From a virus, in IMG/VR virus record IMGVR_UViG_3300017763_000005, positions 33,607-97,606 of that record: a stretch of DNA of 64,000 nt; one strand, 5' to 3'. This document shows positions 17,694-25,827 of the stretch, one piece after another. Under the pieces are notes generated by a model. That model was not told the DNA's origin. It saw only the letters and a program-made list of their open reading frames with translations, and did no database searches. The position numbers and the translations under genes are program-made. The stretch's first letter is position 1, and every line of letters begins with the position of its first letter.

Positions 17694-18852
17694 TGTTTTT
17701 TTCATATTCATAGGTTCTTTTTTTATTGTCTTGAACTAAGAATTGAGTATCTACTAACTCAAGGTTATTATTTAAATATTCTTTAACCATACGTGCTGGA
17801 TGTTCAGCTGTCGTTACAGGTACATTTTGACATATATGATTTAAAGATCTTTTTGCATCAAGCAATACAAAGTTAAATGGTAACTTCATAAGCGATAAAG
17901 CTTCTCTTACTGTTAAGTAACGATCTTCATCTGGATGTGTTAAGCAAGTTGGCATATGTCCAACAAAAGCTCCTATTTTATCTTTAGGAATCTCTGTTGT
18001 TTTTCTCATGATATTACCACCCGCTTTAAGTTTATGATATTGTCTATCGCATTTCTTTGCTACATTCTCAAAACCGTTTGCTCTCATCCATTTAGCAACT
18101 TCTTTGTAGGTTGTTCTTTCTTCTATGTAATCCATAGGGTTAGTTGTCTTTTCTATTTTATTTTGAAATTCACTGTGGGATATACCACCTTCCAACTCCT
18201 CTAATACATATTTATAGTATGGCTCTTCTGAAGGAGTCTTATCGTTACAAAGTATTTGACTCATTGGATCATTATCGCAGCGTTTTACTTCTCTTATATC
18301 ATCAGCAATCATAGTTGGTTTTTCTAATACATAATCAAATAATGGTACTTGATCTCCTTTCCAAAAGAAATAAAATGTACGATCTCTTACTTGACTTAAT
18401 CCATGTAATATTGATTTTGTTTTAAAGATACTAAATGTATATCCATGTTCTTCTCCAATCTTTCTTAATCTTCGAACTACTGGTTCTCCCATCTTACTTG
18501 CTAACCTAGGAGCATTCTCTCCCCAAAAGACTTTTGGTTGAACCTCACCAAGTACATATTCTGCAGACTTATACATCCATTCGTTCATAGGATTATTACT
18601 CGAAGCAGATGGACTAAGTGAGCTGAGCCCTGCACATGGGCATACAGTATTAATCACATCAACTTTTTCTGTGTAACTCGCTCCCTCTGAGAGGTTCAAA
18701 TATGGGACACTATGGTTGTAATAATTGTTTAAGTGACTTTCATTAGCTTGAAATCCCTCAAACGTTAAGAAATACTTTGGCTTTTCTCCAAAGACATTTT
18801 CCATTGCTATTGTTTCTCCACCTATTAGTGGTACTATACTTGCGTAACTCAT
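17665..18852 (-). CDS. C5 DNA-cytosine methyltransferase-fold protein with atypical motif I
   Basis: CPCAGLS (IV), GENAP (VI), QVRDRTF (VIII), DRYLTVREA (IX), ICQNVP (X); motif I reads IVPLIGG; likely start MSYASIV at 18852. Confidence 0.8.
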   Translation of the reverse strand: MSYASIVPLIGGETIAMENVFGEKPKYFLTFEGFQANESHLNNYYNHSVPYLNLSEGASYTEKVDVINTVCPCAGLSSLSPSASSNNPMNEWMYKSAEYVLGEVQPKVFWGENAPRLASKMGEPVVRRLRKIGEEHGYTFSIFKTKSILHGLSQVRDRTFYFFWKGDQVPLFDYVLEKPTMIADDIREVKRCDNDPMSQILCNDKTPSEEPYYKYVLEELEGGISHSEFQNKIEKTTNPMDYIEERTTYKEVAKWMRANGFENVAKKCDRQYHKLKAGGNIMRKTTEIPKDKIGAFVGHMPTCLTHPDEDRYLTVREALSLMKLPFNFVLLDAKRSLNHICQNVPVTTAEHPARMVKEYLNNNLELVDTQFLVQDNKKRTYEYEKNSLQLTDFMV

Positions 18853-19829
18853 CCGAAAAACTCCTCTAATCCTTGAGGTTCCATTCCATTCCAATGTGGA
18901 TAGAACTCTCTTGATAAATGTATTGATTGTGGCTTCTCCATATATTTAAAATCGAGCTTGCCTTCTTGATTGTATAAGTACTCAGTCCATCTTATAATAC
19001 CATATTGTTTTTCAATATAGTCATTAAACTGATTTCTCCAATCGTTTCTTTCTTTCCATGAACCATAAAATGGTTGACCTTTATAGAAACCTGATTGTGG
19101 TATTCTTCTACTGACATCTTCAATTGGAAGCAACTCATAAATTTTAGCTTTATACTTACTTGCTTCTTCAATATATCTATCAGCCAAATCTTCTACCTTT
19201 TGTTCTAATCTTATTGCATGATGACGAACATCAATATTACCAAAATAACATTCAAGCTCGTCGTATTCATGTGGTATGAATGTATCAAATCCTTCATTGA
19301 TAGCTCCATTCAAAGTTTTAAATGGAACACTGTTGACTGTCCAGCCTGGACGATACATACATATTGAATGACTATCGCCAATAACTAGTTTACGAGTTGG
19401 ATTGATATAGTCTACTCTTTCAGCTTCATTAAACATTCTTTCTAGATTTTTTAAGTCTACATCATGCCATTCTGGCTGAACCTCTTTTTTAGCCGATTCC
19501 AGTTTTGATTTAACCATTTCGTGGTACGGCGGGAAGTCGATTCCAATGGAATAGACTTTACCTTTGAACTGAGAAAAATTAACAGTGTTCTTAACATAAG
19601 GAAAACCGTATACGCCACCAAACATATTAATTCCACCACTCCAATCAGTACCATGATAGACCCAAAGGTTATCATAAATATTATGGTCTTCAATTTCTCC
19701 ACCGTAGTTAACATCGCAGTTTCCATATTTCTCCTTTATCATATCTCCATACATTACTCCAGCAGCACCTCTATGAGAACCTGGTCTCTTTGCTATTGGA
19801 ATAAATGGACAATTAATTATATTTTTCAT
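18849..19829 (-). CDS. Uncharacterised protein in the DNA-modification cassette
   Basis: LVIGDSHS, FGNIDVRHH and SIHL (SGNH-like blocks); ATGA overlaps on both sides; ends LEEFFG. Confidence 0.7.
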   Translation of the reverse strand: MKNIINCPFIPIAKRPGSHRGAAGVMYGDMIKEKYGNCDVNYGGEIEDHNIYDNLWVYHGTDWSGGINMFGGVYGFPYVKNTVNFSQFKGKVYSIGIDFPPYHEMVKSKLESAKKEVQPEWHDVDLKNLERMFNEAERVDYINPTRKLVIGDSHSICMYRPGWTVNSVPFKTLNGAINEGFDTFIPHEYDELECYFGNIDVRHHAIRLEQKVEDLADRYIEEASKYKAKIYELLPIEDVSRRIPQSGFYKGQPFYGSWKERNDWRNQFNDYIEKQYGIIRWTEYLYNQEGKLDFKYMEKPQSIHLSREFYPHWNGMEPQGLEEFFG

Positions 19830-20890
19830 TCAAAAAACTCCGTGAGTGTATTAGTTTTTTGTACTCTTGCTACACGTCTACGTGCGCAAGCTTTTTCATC
19901 TTCTCTTATTTGAAGGTATACTCCAAACTGACATGATAGAACTTCTGTTCCATAATACTTAAGAGAATCTTGTTCGTATTGAAACAATTTAGTTCCATCT
20001 TTCTTATCGATATTAAATGCTTCAGGATGAAAGACCACATCTTTTGTAAGTCCAATCTCATCTGCATTTTCTCTCATAAAATAAATTGCTTCATCATATA
20101 GTTTCTTTGGAGCATCAGGCCACATAAGTTCTATTGTATAAACTGCTCCTGGTCCAGGCGCTACAAATCTTTGATCATGATGATACCTCATTTGTGGTAA
20201 TACTGAAGATGAAGCTGCTCCGTGAAATCCGTAGTAATGTCCTATACCAGGCTGTTCTCTTAAAAGATTATATATCTCTGACATATGATCACAGAGTTGC
20301 ATACGTTCTAAGAATCCAGTATCTCTAAATGAAGATACCCATTCACATACATCAACTGGATGAAACTTTCTATTTGGTTCGTTATACTTTCTTCTACAAT
20401 GGTTTCTACCAGCTGTTTGAATAGAAGTATGTAATTCAGTCGTTCCCCATATTGGTTGTTTATTTGCAATTGCTTTATCTAAATTCTGTCTTATTGATTG
20501 AATATAATCTTTGTCTTCATCTGCAAATCTATCAAAGTCTACAAATACATTATCTTCTCCTGAAGCTAAGAAGTGAACTCCTCTCCCTCCATAAAAATGA
20601 GATATAAAAGTATTACCAACAATATTCATTATTGAAGTATCTAAACTTGCAATCTCTTGACCAATAAATCTCATACGATCATCAAGTGTAATTGTTGGAT
20701 GAAAATATTCTACATCTTCTCCAAGACCAAAGTCTGCATCTCCATGTCGATTAACAGCTTCATATGTTTCATCGATATAACCAAGTTGAATACCTGATCT
20801 TTGATTGACTTTATATAAGAACCAATTGAACTCTTTCATGAGTTCTTTATCGTAGTTCCACCAATCGTAATTATATTTAATACTTGACAC
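19826..20890 (-). CDS. aGPT-Pplase / amino-acid:DNA-transferase-like protein (HhH fold)
   Basis: YFHPTITLDDR, PGIGHYYG (HhH-like), FVAPGPGA, TEVLSCQFGVY; ends LTEFFE. Confidence 0.65.
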   Translation of the reverse strand: MSSIKYNYDWWNYDKELMKEFNWFLYKVNQRSGIQLGYIDETYEAVNRHGDADFGLGEDVEYFHPTITLDDRMRFIGQEIASLDTSIMNIVGNTFISHFYGGRGVHFLASGEDNVFVDFDRFADEDKDYIQSIRQNLDKAIANKQPIWGTTELHTSIQTAGRNHCRRKYNEPNRKFHPVDVCEWVSSFRDTGFLERMQLCDHMSEIYNLLREQPGIGHYYGFHGAASSSVLPQMRYHHDQRFVAPGPGAVYTIELMWPDAPKKLYDEAIYFMRENADEIGLTKDVVFHPEAFNIDKKDGTKLFQYEQDSLKYYGTEVLSCQFGVYLQIREDEKACARRRVARVQKTNTLTEFFE

Positions 20891-21257
20891 GTTCCTCGTT
20901 ATCTCTTTTACAATGTACTATTGAGACGTTTGGACATCTCTTTCTAATTTCTTTAATTTGTATAGGATCATCTTCAAAATGCATTTGAACTTCTATACCA
21001 AGATCTTTTAACATATTAATCATTTGACCTTTAAAAATACCAGAAGCTTTTCTTCCATAAATTGAATTATCATAACGGTCAAGTGGATTCATATATACGG
21101 TATTATATATGCCTCTTGAATGTAGCATTTTTTCTGTAGCTTCTCTATCATGATACGGCCGCCCCGTAAGAATTATGTCATTCTCACAGGGTCTTACGCC
21201 GGTGACGTCTTCGCCAAAATAGATCACACCATCAATGTCAAAACTATTAACTTTCAT
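20877..21257 (-). CDS. HAD-superfamily phosphatase
   Basis: FDIDGV (DxD), LTGR, K and FEDD motifs; capless C0 type. Confidence 0.85.
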   Translation of the reverse strand: MKVNSFDIDGVIYFGEDVTGVRPCENDIILTGRPYHDREATEKMLHSRGIYNTVYMNPLDRYDNSIYGRKASGIFKGQMINMLKDLGIEVQMHFEDDPIQIKEIRKRCPNVSIVHCKRDNEERVKY

Positions 21258-22539
21258 AATCAGTTTGACCAGCTTGGAAGGTGAAAGGCAAGTCTTTAGC
21301 CTTTGGTCTATTTTCCTTGAGCTGAGGTTTAGTCATGTCTGTAATGACTCTTCTCGCTAAGGCGTCACATTCAAATTTAGCATCCTCAGTTTTTAACTGT
21401 ACTGGAGGAGTCTTTTGAGTCCAAGCTGATGGTCCTCTTAGATATCCAACAATACCCATTTCTGATGCTACCTTACAAAATCTAATTGCTGAAACAACAA
21501 CTCCACCAGAGTTTGGCGAATCTTGAACTGAAAGTCTTGCTGACATTTCGTATCTTGCTCCTGCAAATCCATAAGCAACCATATCAAAGTTTGCTATCTT
21601 ATTATCAGATGAAATAAAATCTCCACCTGGTTTTTGTTGAACAGTAAGAGATGGACCAGCAAATAAAGTCATACCTGCTGTAGACTCATCTCTTACAATA
21701 TTCTGACCTTTAAGAACATTTTCTTTTGAGATATGTTTGTTTTTTAATCTATATTGTTTAGCCATATTTAAGAAGTCAGTATTAGCTGTTCTTCCTGTTC
21801 TAATATGTTCTTGACCTTGTGTAGATCCAGCTGCCATATTCATTTGAATATGTTGAGTAATCATAAGTCCTGAATCAAGCATTGCACCTTGTAAAACTTC
21901 TGACATTCTTGAAGCTCCCCAAGCTGATCTCATATCTGATCCAATGAAACTTAAACCAGCATCTATAAATCTTTGTTCAACTTCTAATGCATCATCAGTT
22001 GAAATTAATGTAGGAATACAATTAACAAAATGTACTCCAGCTGCAACTGCGACATCAATCCAATATCTTGATGCTTCTTCTGATCCTACTGGTAAGTAAT
22101 TAATAAGTACGTCTACATTATGATACTGTAATAACTCAACTGTTCTATCGAACGATTCAGCTGGAACAGCTCCATTTACAAATGTGACTTCATCTGGATA
22201 GTCATGCATATGTGGTGCTATCCCGTCCATTTCTGGAGCTGAATAGACCATTGCGTCTTTATGTACGCATGAACTATTTGATGTAGTAGTAATTTTATCG
22301 ACATGATCCATAGCACAATTAGGTTGAGCTCGTAAAGCTTTTGCTAATTTCTTATTTACTTTTCTCTTATCGATATCAAATCCAACGACAAATTCTATAT
22401 CGTGTACTGAATATCCTCCGATATCTTCATACATAAGACCTATTTTATCTTCTGGATTTTCGTTATAATATTGAATTCCCTCTACGAGAGACTTCGCACA
22501 TGATCCGACACCTATGATGCCTGCTTTTATTTTTGACAT
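21247..22539 (-). CDS. ino1: myo-Inositol-1-phosphate synthase
   Basis: GIIGVGSCAKSLVEG NAD-binding, VLINYLPVGS, FVNCIP, NTDFLNM, SKEN, DSPNSGGVV. Confidence 0.93.
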   Translation of the reverse strand: MSKIKAGIIGVGSCAKSLVEGIQYYNENPEDKIGLMYEDIGGYSVHDIEFVVGFDIDKRKVNKKLAKALRAQPNCAMDHVDKITTTSNSSCVHKDAMVYSAPEMDGIAPHMHDYPDEVTFVNGAVPAESFDRTVELLQYHNVDVLINYLPVGSEEASRYWIDVAVAAGVHFVNCIPTLISTDDALEVEQRFIDAGLSFIGSDMRSAWGASRMSEVLQGAMLDSGLMITQHIQMNMAAGSTQGQEHIRTGRTANTDFLNMAKQYRLKNKHISKENVLKGQNIVRDESTAGMTLFAGPSLTVQQKPGGDFISSDNKIANFDMVAYGFAGARYEMSARLSVQDSPNSGGVVVSAIRFCKVASEMGIVGYLRGPSAWTQKTPPVQLKTEDAKFECDALARRVITDMTKPQLKENRPKAKDLPFTFQAGQTDYES

Positions 22540-22607
22540 AATTTTTCTCCTTGTTTATATCAGTTTATTTGAGTGAGAAATTTGGCTGGGAGACCCAGAG
22601 TAGCTCA

Positions 22608-22913
22608 CTATATACTATTAGTTATAACACTTATCAAGCCACTTCCTAAGATGAGACATGCTGCTGTGTTTAAAATTATCAACGCTCTATCTTTCCAGAT
22701 AAGAGCTACTACTAACCAACCGAAACATCCTATTAAGGAAAAGGTTTGATCGTAGATCGCAAGATCAGGACTTGATCTTACTGCCATTGCCAATAAAAGA
22801 ATAGCAGATGCTACCCATTTTATATACCAATCGATTGTATACTTAGGAGTTGCACTCTTAAATATACGTTTTGAATTCTCTAATTCTTTTGCGTCAAACT
22901 TTGATTGACTCAT
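22608..22913 (-). CDS. Small membrane protein (3 TM)
   Basis: WYIKWVAS...GW..VA..WKDRALIILN pattern. Confidence 0.75.
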   Translation of the reverse strand: MSQSKFDAKELENSKRIFKSATPKYTIDWYIKWVASAILLLAMAVRSSPDLAIYDQTFSLIGCFGWLVVALIWKDRALIILNTAACLILGSGLISVITNSI

Positions 22914-23355
22914 ATTCTATACCTGCTTCTTCAAATAATTGTTCTGTTAATGTATCGCTTTTATTCCAACGATCTGGAGTATCTTGAGAGAAAGCCATTA
23001 CTCTTTTGACACCGACTTGGATAAGACCTTTTGCGCATTCGCTACAGGTTGGTAATCCGTGTACATATACTGTCGAGCCTTTTAAAGATACTCCATTTGC
23101 TGCTGCATTGTAAATACAGTTCATTTCTGCATGTACTACATATTTGTATTTTTCTTCTCTGTCATTATATCTTTCTTCAGTATCTTCAATACCTCGTGGA
23201 AACCCATTATAGCCTTGAGCTATGATTTCTCCATTTTCTCCAATAGCAACTGCACCAATTTGTCGGCTTGGATCTTTTGACCACGTGCCAAAGTGCCATG
23301 CTAGAGCGAGATATCTCGTATCCCAATTACTTGATAAGGTCAAAGTGTCTTTCAT
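22894..23355 (-). CDS. cd: dCMP deaminase
   Basis: SKDPS, GYNG, HAEMN and PTCSEC zinc motifs. Confidence 0.93.
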   Translation of the reverse strand: MKDTLTLSSNWDTRYLALAWHFGTWSKDPSRQIGAVAIGENGEIIAQGYNGFPRGIEDTEERYNDREEKYKYVVHAEMNCIYNAAANGVSLKGSTVYVHGLPTCSECAKGLIQVGVKRVMAFSQDTPDRWNKSDTLTEQLFEEAGIEYESIKV

Positions 23356-24007
23356 ATACGTGTAAGTTTTGTACTTGCCAGTGAATATCACCTAAGCCAA
23401 TATGACCTAGTACTTTTTCTTTATTAAGATCTGATGCTAAGTTAACGAGTACTTGTTTTTGCCAAGCATAATCGTTTTTATAACCAAACACTACATCATT
23501 AGATCTCATTTGAACTACACAATGTAGTTCTCTATTTCTAATATAATACGTTACTGCATTAGTACAAATAAAATCGTTTTTACCATTCTCATCAAATTCA
23601 AACCAGATGCTTGGTCTTTGATAGACCATACTTGCTCGTCTTGAATCAATATTGTATGTAAGTTCATTTAATACTTGTTGATATTGACAATGAAACTTAG
23701 GACTATAAATGAGATGACCATAATTAGAATTGATTTCACCATGAATATTAGCAGTTGATTGCCAAGCTTTTGGTGGTTCTTTATCTCCTTCAGGATAGAT
23801 ATCAGTTATATTCGTTGATTCAGATTGATACCAATCGAGTTCAGCTTTAATATATTCTCTGTTTGGAGTACCAAAGATTGCTGGTTTATCAGCAAGAAAT
23901 GATGCACCAATAATTTCTACAGTCTTACATCCAGTTTTATCTGTTGTAAACTGTTTTGATTCAAGAGCATTAACAAATATCTCTGCGATATCTTTAGTCG
24001 TCTGCAT
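23327..24007 (-). CDS. 42: dCMP hydroxymethyltransferase (T4 gp42-like)
   Basis: DKTG.KT.EIIGASF.AD, GEINSNYG, DSRR, DFICTN, MRSNDVVFGYKNDYAWQ, LHVY.RHF; closely follows T4 gp42 as recalled. Confidence 0.9.
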   Translation of the reverse strand: MQTTKDIAEIFVNALESKQFTTDKTGCKTVEIIGASFLADKPAIFGTPNREYIKAELDWYQSESTNITDIYPEGDKEPPKAWQSTANIHGEINSNYGHLIYSPKFHCQYQQVLNELTYNIDSRRASMVYQRPSIWFEFDENGKNDFICTNAVTYYIRNRELHCVVQMRSNDVVFGYKNDYAWQKQVLVNLASDLNKEKVLGHIGLGDIHWQVQNLHVYERHFDLIK

Positions 24008-24323
24008 TTTGAATCCTGTTATTGAACATATCTCTATTTGGATCTTGGCCTTCCATTTTACCACGAGCATAAGCAACTGCAAAAGAACAATAGTTAATCA
24101 TGTCTTTATAAGTATCTTCAATGCTTTCGAAGTTTGGTTCATCGGTTGATTCAAGCAATGATGTTGCTCGCATAATTTTACCAAGAATGATATCATGAAT
24201 AGTATCAATGCCGCGTCTATAATGCATTGCTTGTACTACTGTAGATTCAGAGCTTTGGTAGTCTTGAGATTTTTTAGTTTGTAGTTCTGCACATTCTTGC
24301 AGGACTCTTAGGCTTTCTTTCAT
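23994..24323 (-). CDS. Nucleotide-modification-associated helical protein (Nmad1/DUF1599-like)
   Basis: KKSQDY...K..R...ESIEDTYKDMINY pattern. Confidence 0.65.
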   Translation of the reverse strand: MKESLRVLQECAELQTKKSQDYQSSESTVVQAMHYRRGIDTIHDIILGKIMRATSLLESTDEPNFESIEDTYKDMINYCSFAVAYARGKMEGQDPNRDMFNNRIQNADD

Positions 24324-24351
24324 AATGTCTCCATAATTTATTAATAGTTAT

Positions 24352-24381
24352 ATTATACCATACTTTAGCGTAAATGTAAAC
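24352..24381 (-). promoter_or_regulatory. Early promoter heading the DNA-modification operon
   Basis: GTTTACA-N17-TATAAT with extended TG. Confidence 0.8.
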
Positions 24382-24808
24382 AAGTTTTTTCACTAAATTT
24401 AAATCCATCCCATTCATAGTATCCACCAAGTTTATAGTAGGTATTTTCTTTTGGATCGTTGACAAAGATCATAGCTTTATCTGCTGCAGGTTTGCCCCAC
24501 AAGTCTAAATTTCTTCTATGCTCGTTAAGTCTTTGTAATACGCTTGGTATATATTGAGAAATTTTCGTAACCTTGACTTCTACCCATTTATTGTCAAGAT
24601 CAATTACGTCTTGATACATAGCAGGATTATCTGTGTAACCAATTTTCTCAATTAGAAACCATTCAGCTGTATGACCATACTCAACGGTTTCTATTATCTT
24701 TTCTAATGACCTTCCCTTACGTGTATTAGGATTATTAAATATTAATTCTGCTTCTGCTTTTGCTCTTTTATGAAGAGCCTCATTATCTAATTCGTTCTTA
24801 TCAAACAT
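24365..24808 (-). CDS. Hypothetical protein (possible PD-(D/E)xK-like)
   Basis: AE...QDVID...VEVKV pattern. Confidence 0.55.
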   Translation of the reverse strand: MFDKNELDNEALHKRAKAEAELIFNNPNTRKGRSLEKIIETVEYGHTAEWFLIEKIGYTDNPAMYQDVIDLDNKWVEVKVTKISQYIPSVLQRLNEHRRNLDLWGKPAADKAMIFVNDPKENTYYKLGGYYEWDGFKFSEKTCLHLR

Positions 24809-25260
24809 TATGGCTTATATATTATCCCCTGTTCATTTAGAGCTGCTCTATTCCACATATGACCTTTAATAGTATCTTCTTTTGATTGTCCCATGTATGG
24901 AACTGCATGATGATTATCCATCATAAGTTGATTAACACTTTTTTCAATATCAACTTCAAATACTGGATGACCTTCGGCATGTTTTTCTATTATAAAGATC
25001 TCTCCAATAATTCTTCCAAACTTACCTTTATCATGAACTATTAATTCAACTTCAGTTTCTTCTAATAAAGATGTAAGAAAATATTTTGCTTGTTTACCAT
25101 AATACTTTTCTTCTAAGTCTCTTGTTCTTGACTCTGGAGTATCAATACCCATTAATCTTACTCTTTGTTTTTTCATCCATATACCAAAACCAAGATCGAT
25201 GTCTACATCAACTGTATCTCCATCTACGATTCGAGTAACGTCAACTTTATATCTGTACAT
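24808..25260 (-). CDS. Thermonuclease (SNase-like)
   Basis: IVDGDTVDV, RLMGIDTPES, GKFGR. Confidence 0.9.
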   Translation of the reverse strand: MYRYKVDVTRIVDGDTVDVDIDLGFGIWMKKQRVRLMGIDTPESRTRDLEEKYYGKQAKYFLTSLLEETEVELIVHDKGKFGRIIGEIFIIEKHAEGHPVFEVDIEKSVNQLMMDNHHAVPYMGQSKEDTIKGHMWNRAALNEQGIIYKP

Positions 25261-25269
25261 TATTGTCTC

Positions 25270-25827
25270 CTACTTATAAAATATATGATTATTTATAACA
25301 ACAGTATTGTTCAATGAGTCAGCCCAGTAAGGATGTACACTATCTGAATGATAATGTGTAGAACCTTCAGTTATATCTCCATACTTATCTTGTAAAACAT
25401 CTCTTGCTACATGCATCGAATATAACCAAGTAGGACTATCAACTGGATCATCTGATTTACCATCACAGAACCAGCTAAACTGACATTGATTTCGTATTGG
25501 AACTACTTCATTTTTCCAATTAACTCTCATTTTAGCTTGATAAACTACACCACATATCGTCGTAGGATAATTAAAATGATTAACTCTATTTAAAACAACT
25601 TGAGCTACTGCAATTTTTCCAGCTAATGGTTGATTACCTGCTTCAAAATAAATATTTTGAGCTAAACAATATTGTTCTCCATTTGGATCAGATGCATAAG
25701 CTCTTGGTACAGCAAACATAACAGCTCCAAGTAAAAATCCAAATAGCATTCCACTTAAAAATGATTTGAACATTTTACGTCCTTGTTCGTTAACTTCTTT
25801 ATCTATTGCTTTGCCAAATTTACTCAT
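25270..25827 (-). CDS. Cell wall hydrolase (SleB/Hydrolase_2)
   Basis: CLAQNIYFEA, VVLNRV, CQFSW, THYH, HIFY; N-terminal TM. Confidence 0.92.
   Translation of the reverse strand: MSKFGKAIDKEVNEQGRKMFKSFLSGMLFGFLLGAVMFAVPRAYASDPNGEQYCLAQNIYFEAGNQPLAGKIAVAQVVLNRVNHFNYPTTICGVVYQAKMRVNWKNEVVPIRNQCQFSWFCDGKSDDPVDSPTWLYSMHVARDVLQDKYGDITEGSTHYHSDSVHPYWADSLNNTVVINNHIFYK

Noticed and set aside
21247-22539. MIPS as a stand-alone metabolic AMG (osmolyte, phosphatidylinositol or mycothiol synthesis)
   Set aside because: Not excluded, but no CDP-alcohol phosphatidyltransferase or similar gene is adjacent, and MIPS is overlap-coupled to DNA-acting genes
23327-24007. Thymidylate synthase
   Set aside because: The sequence tracks T4 gp42, including the dCMP-specifying Asp, rather than ThyA
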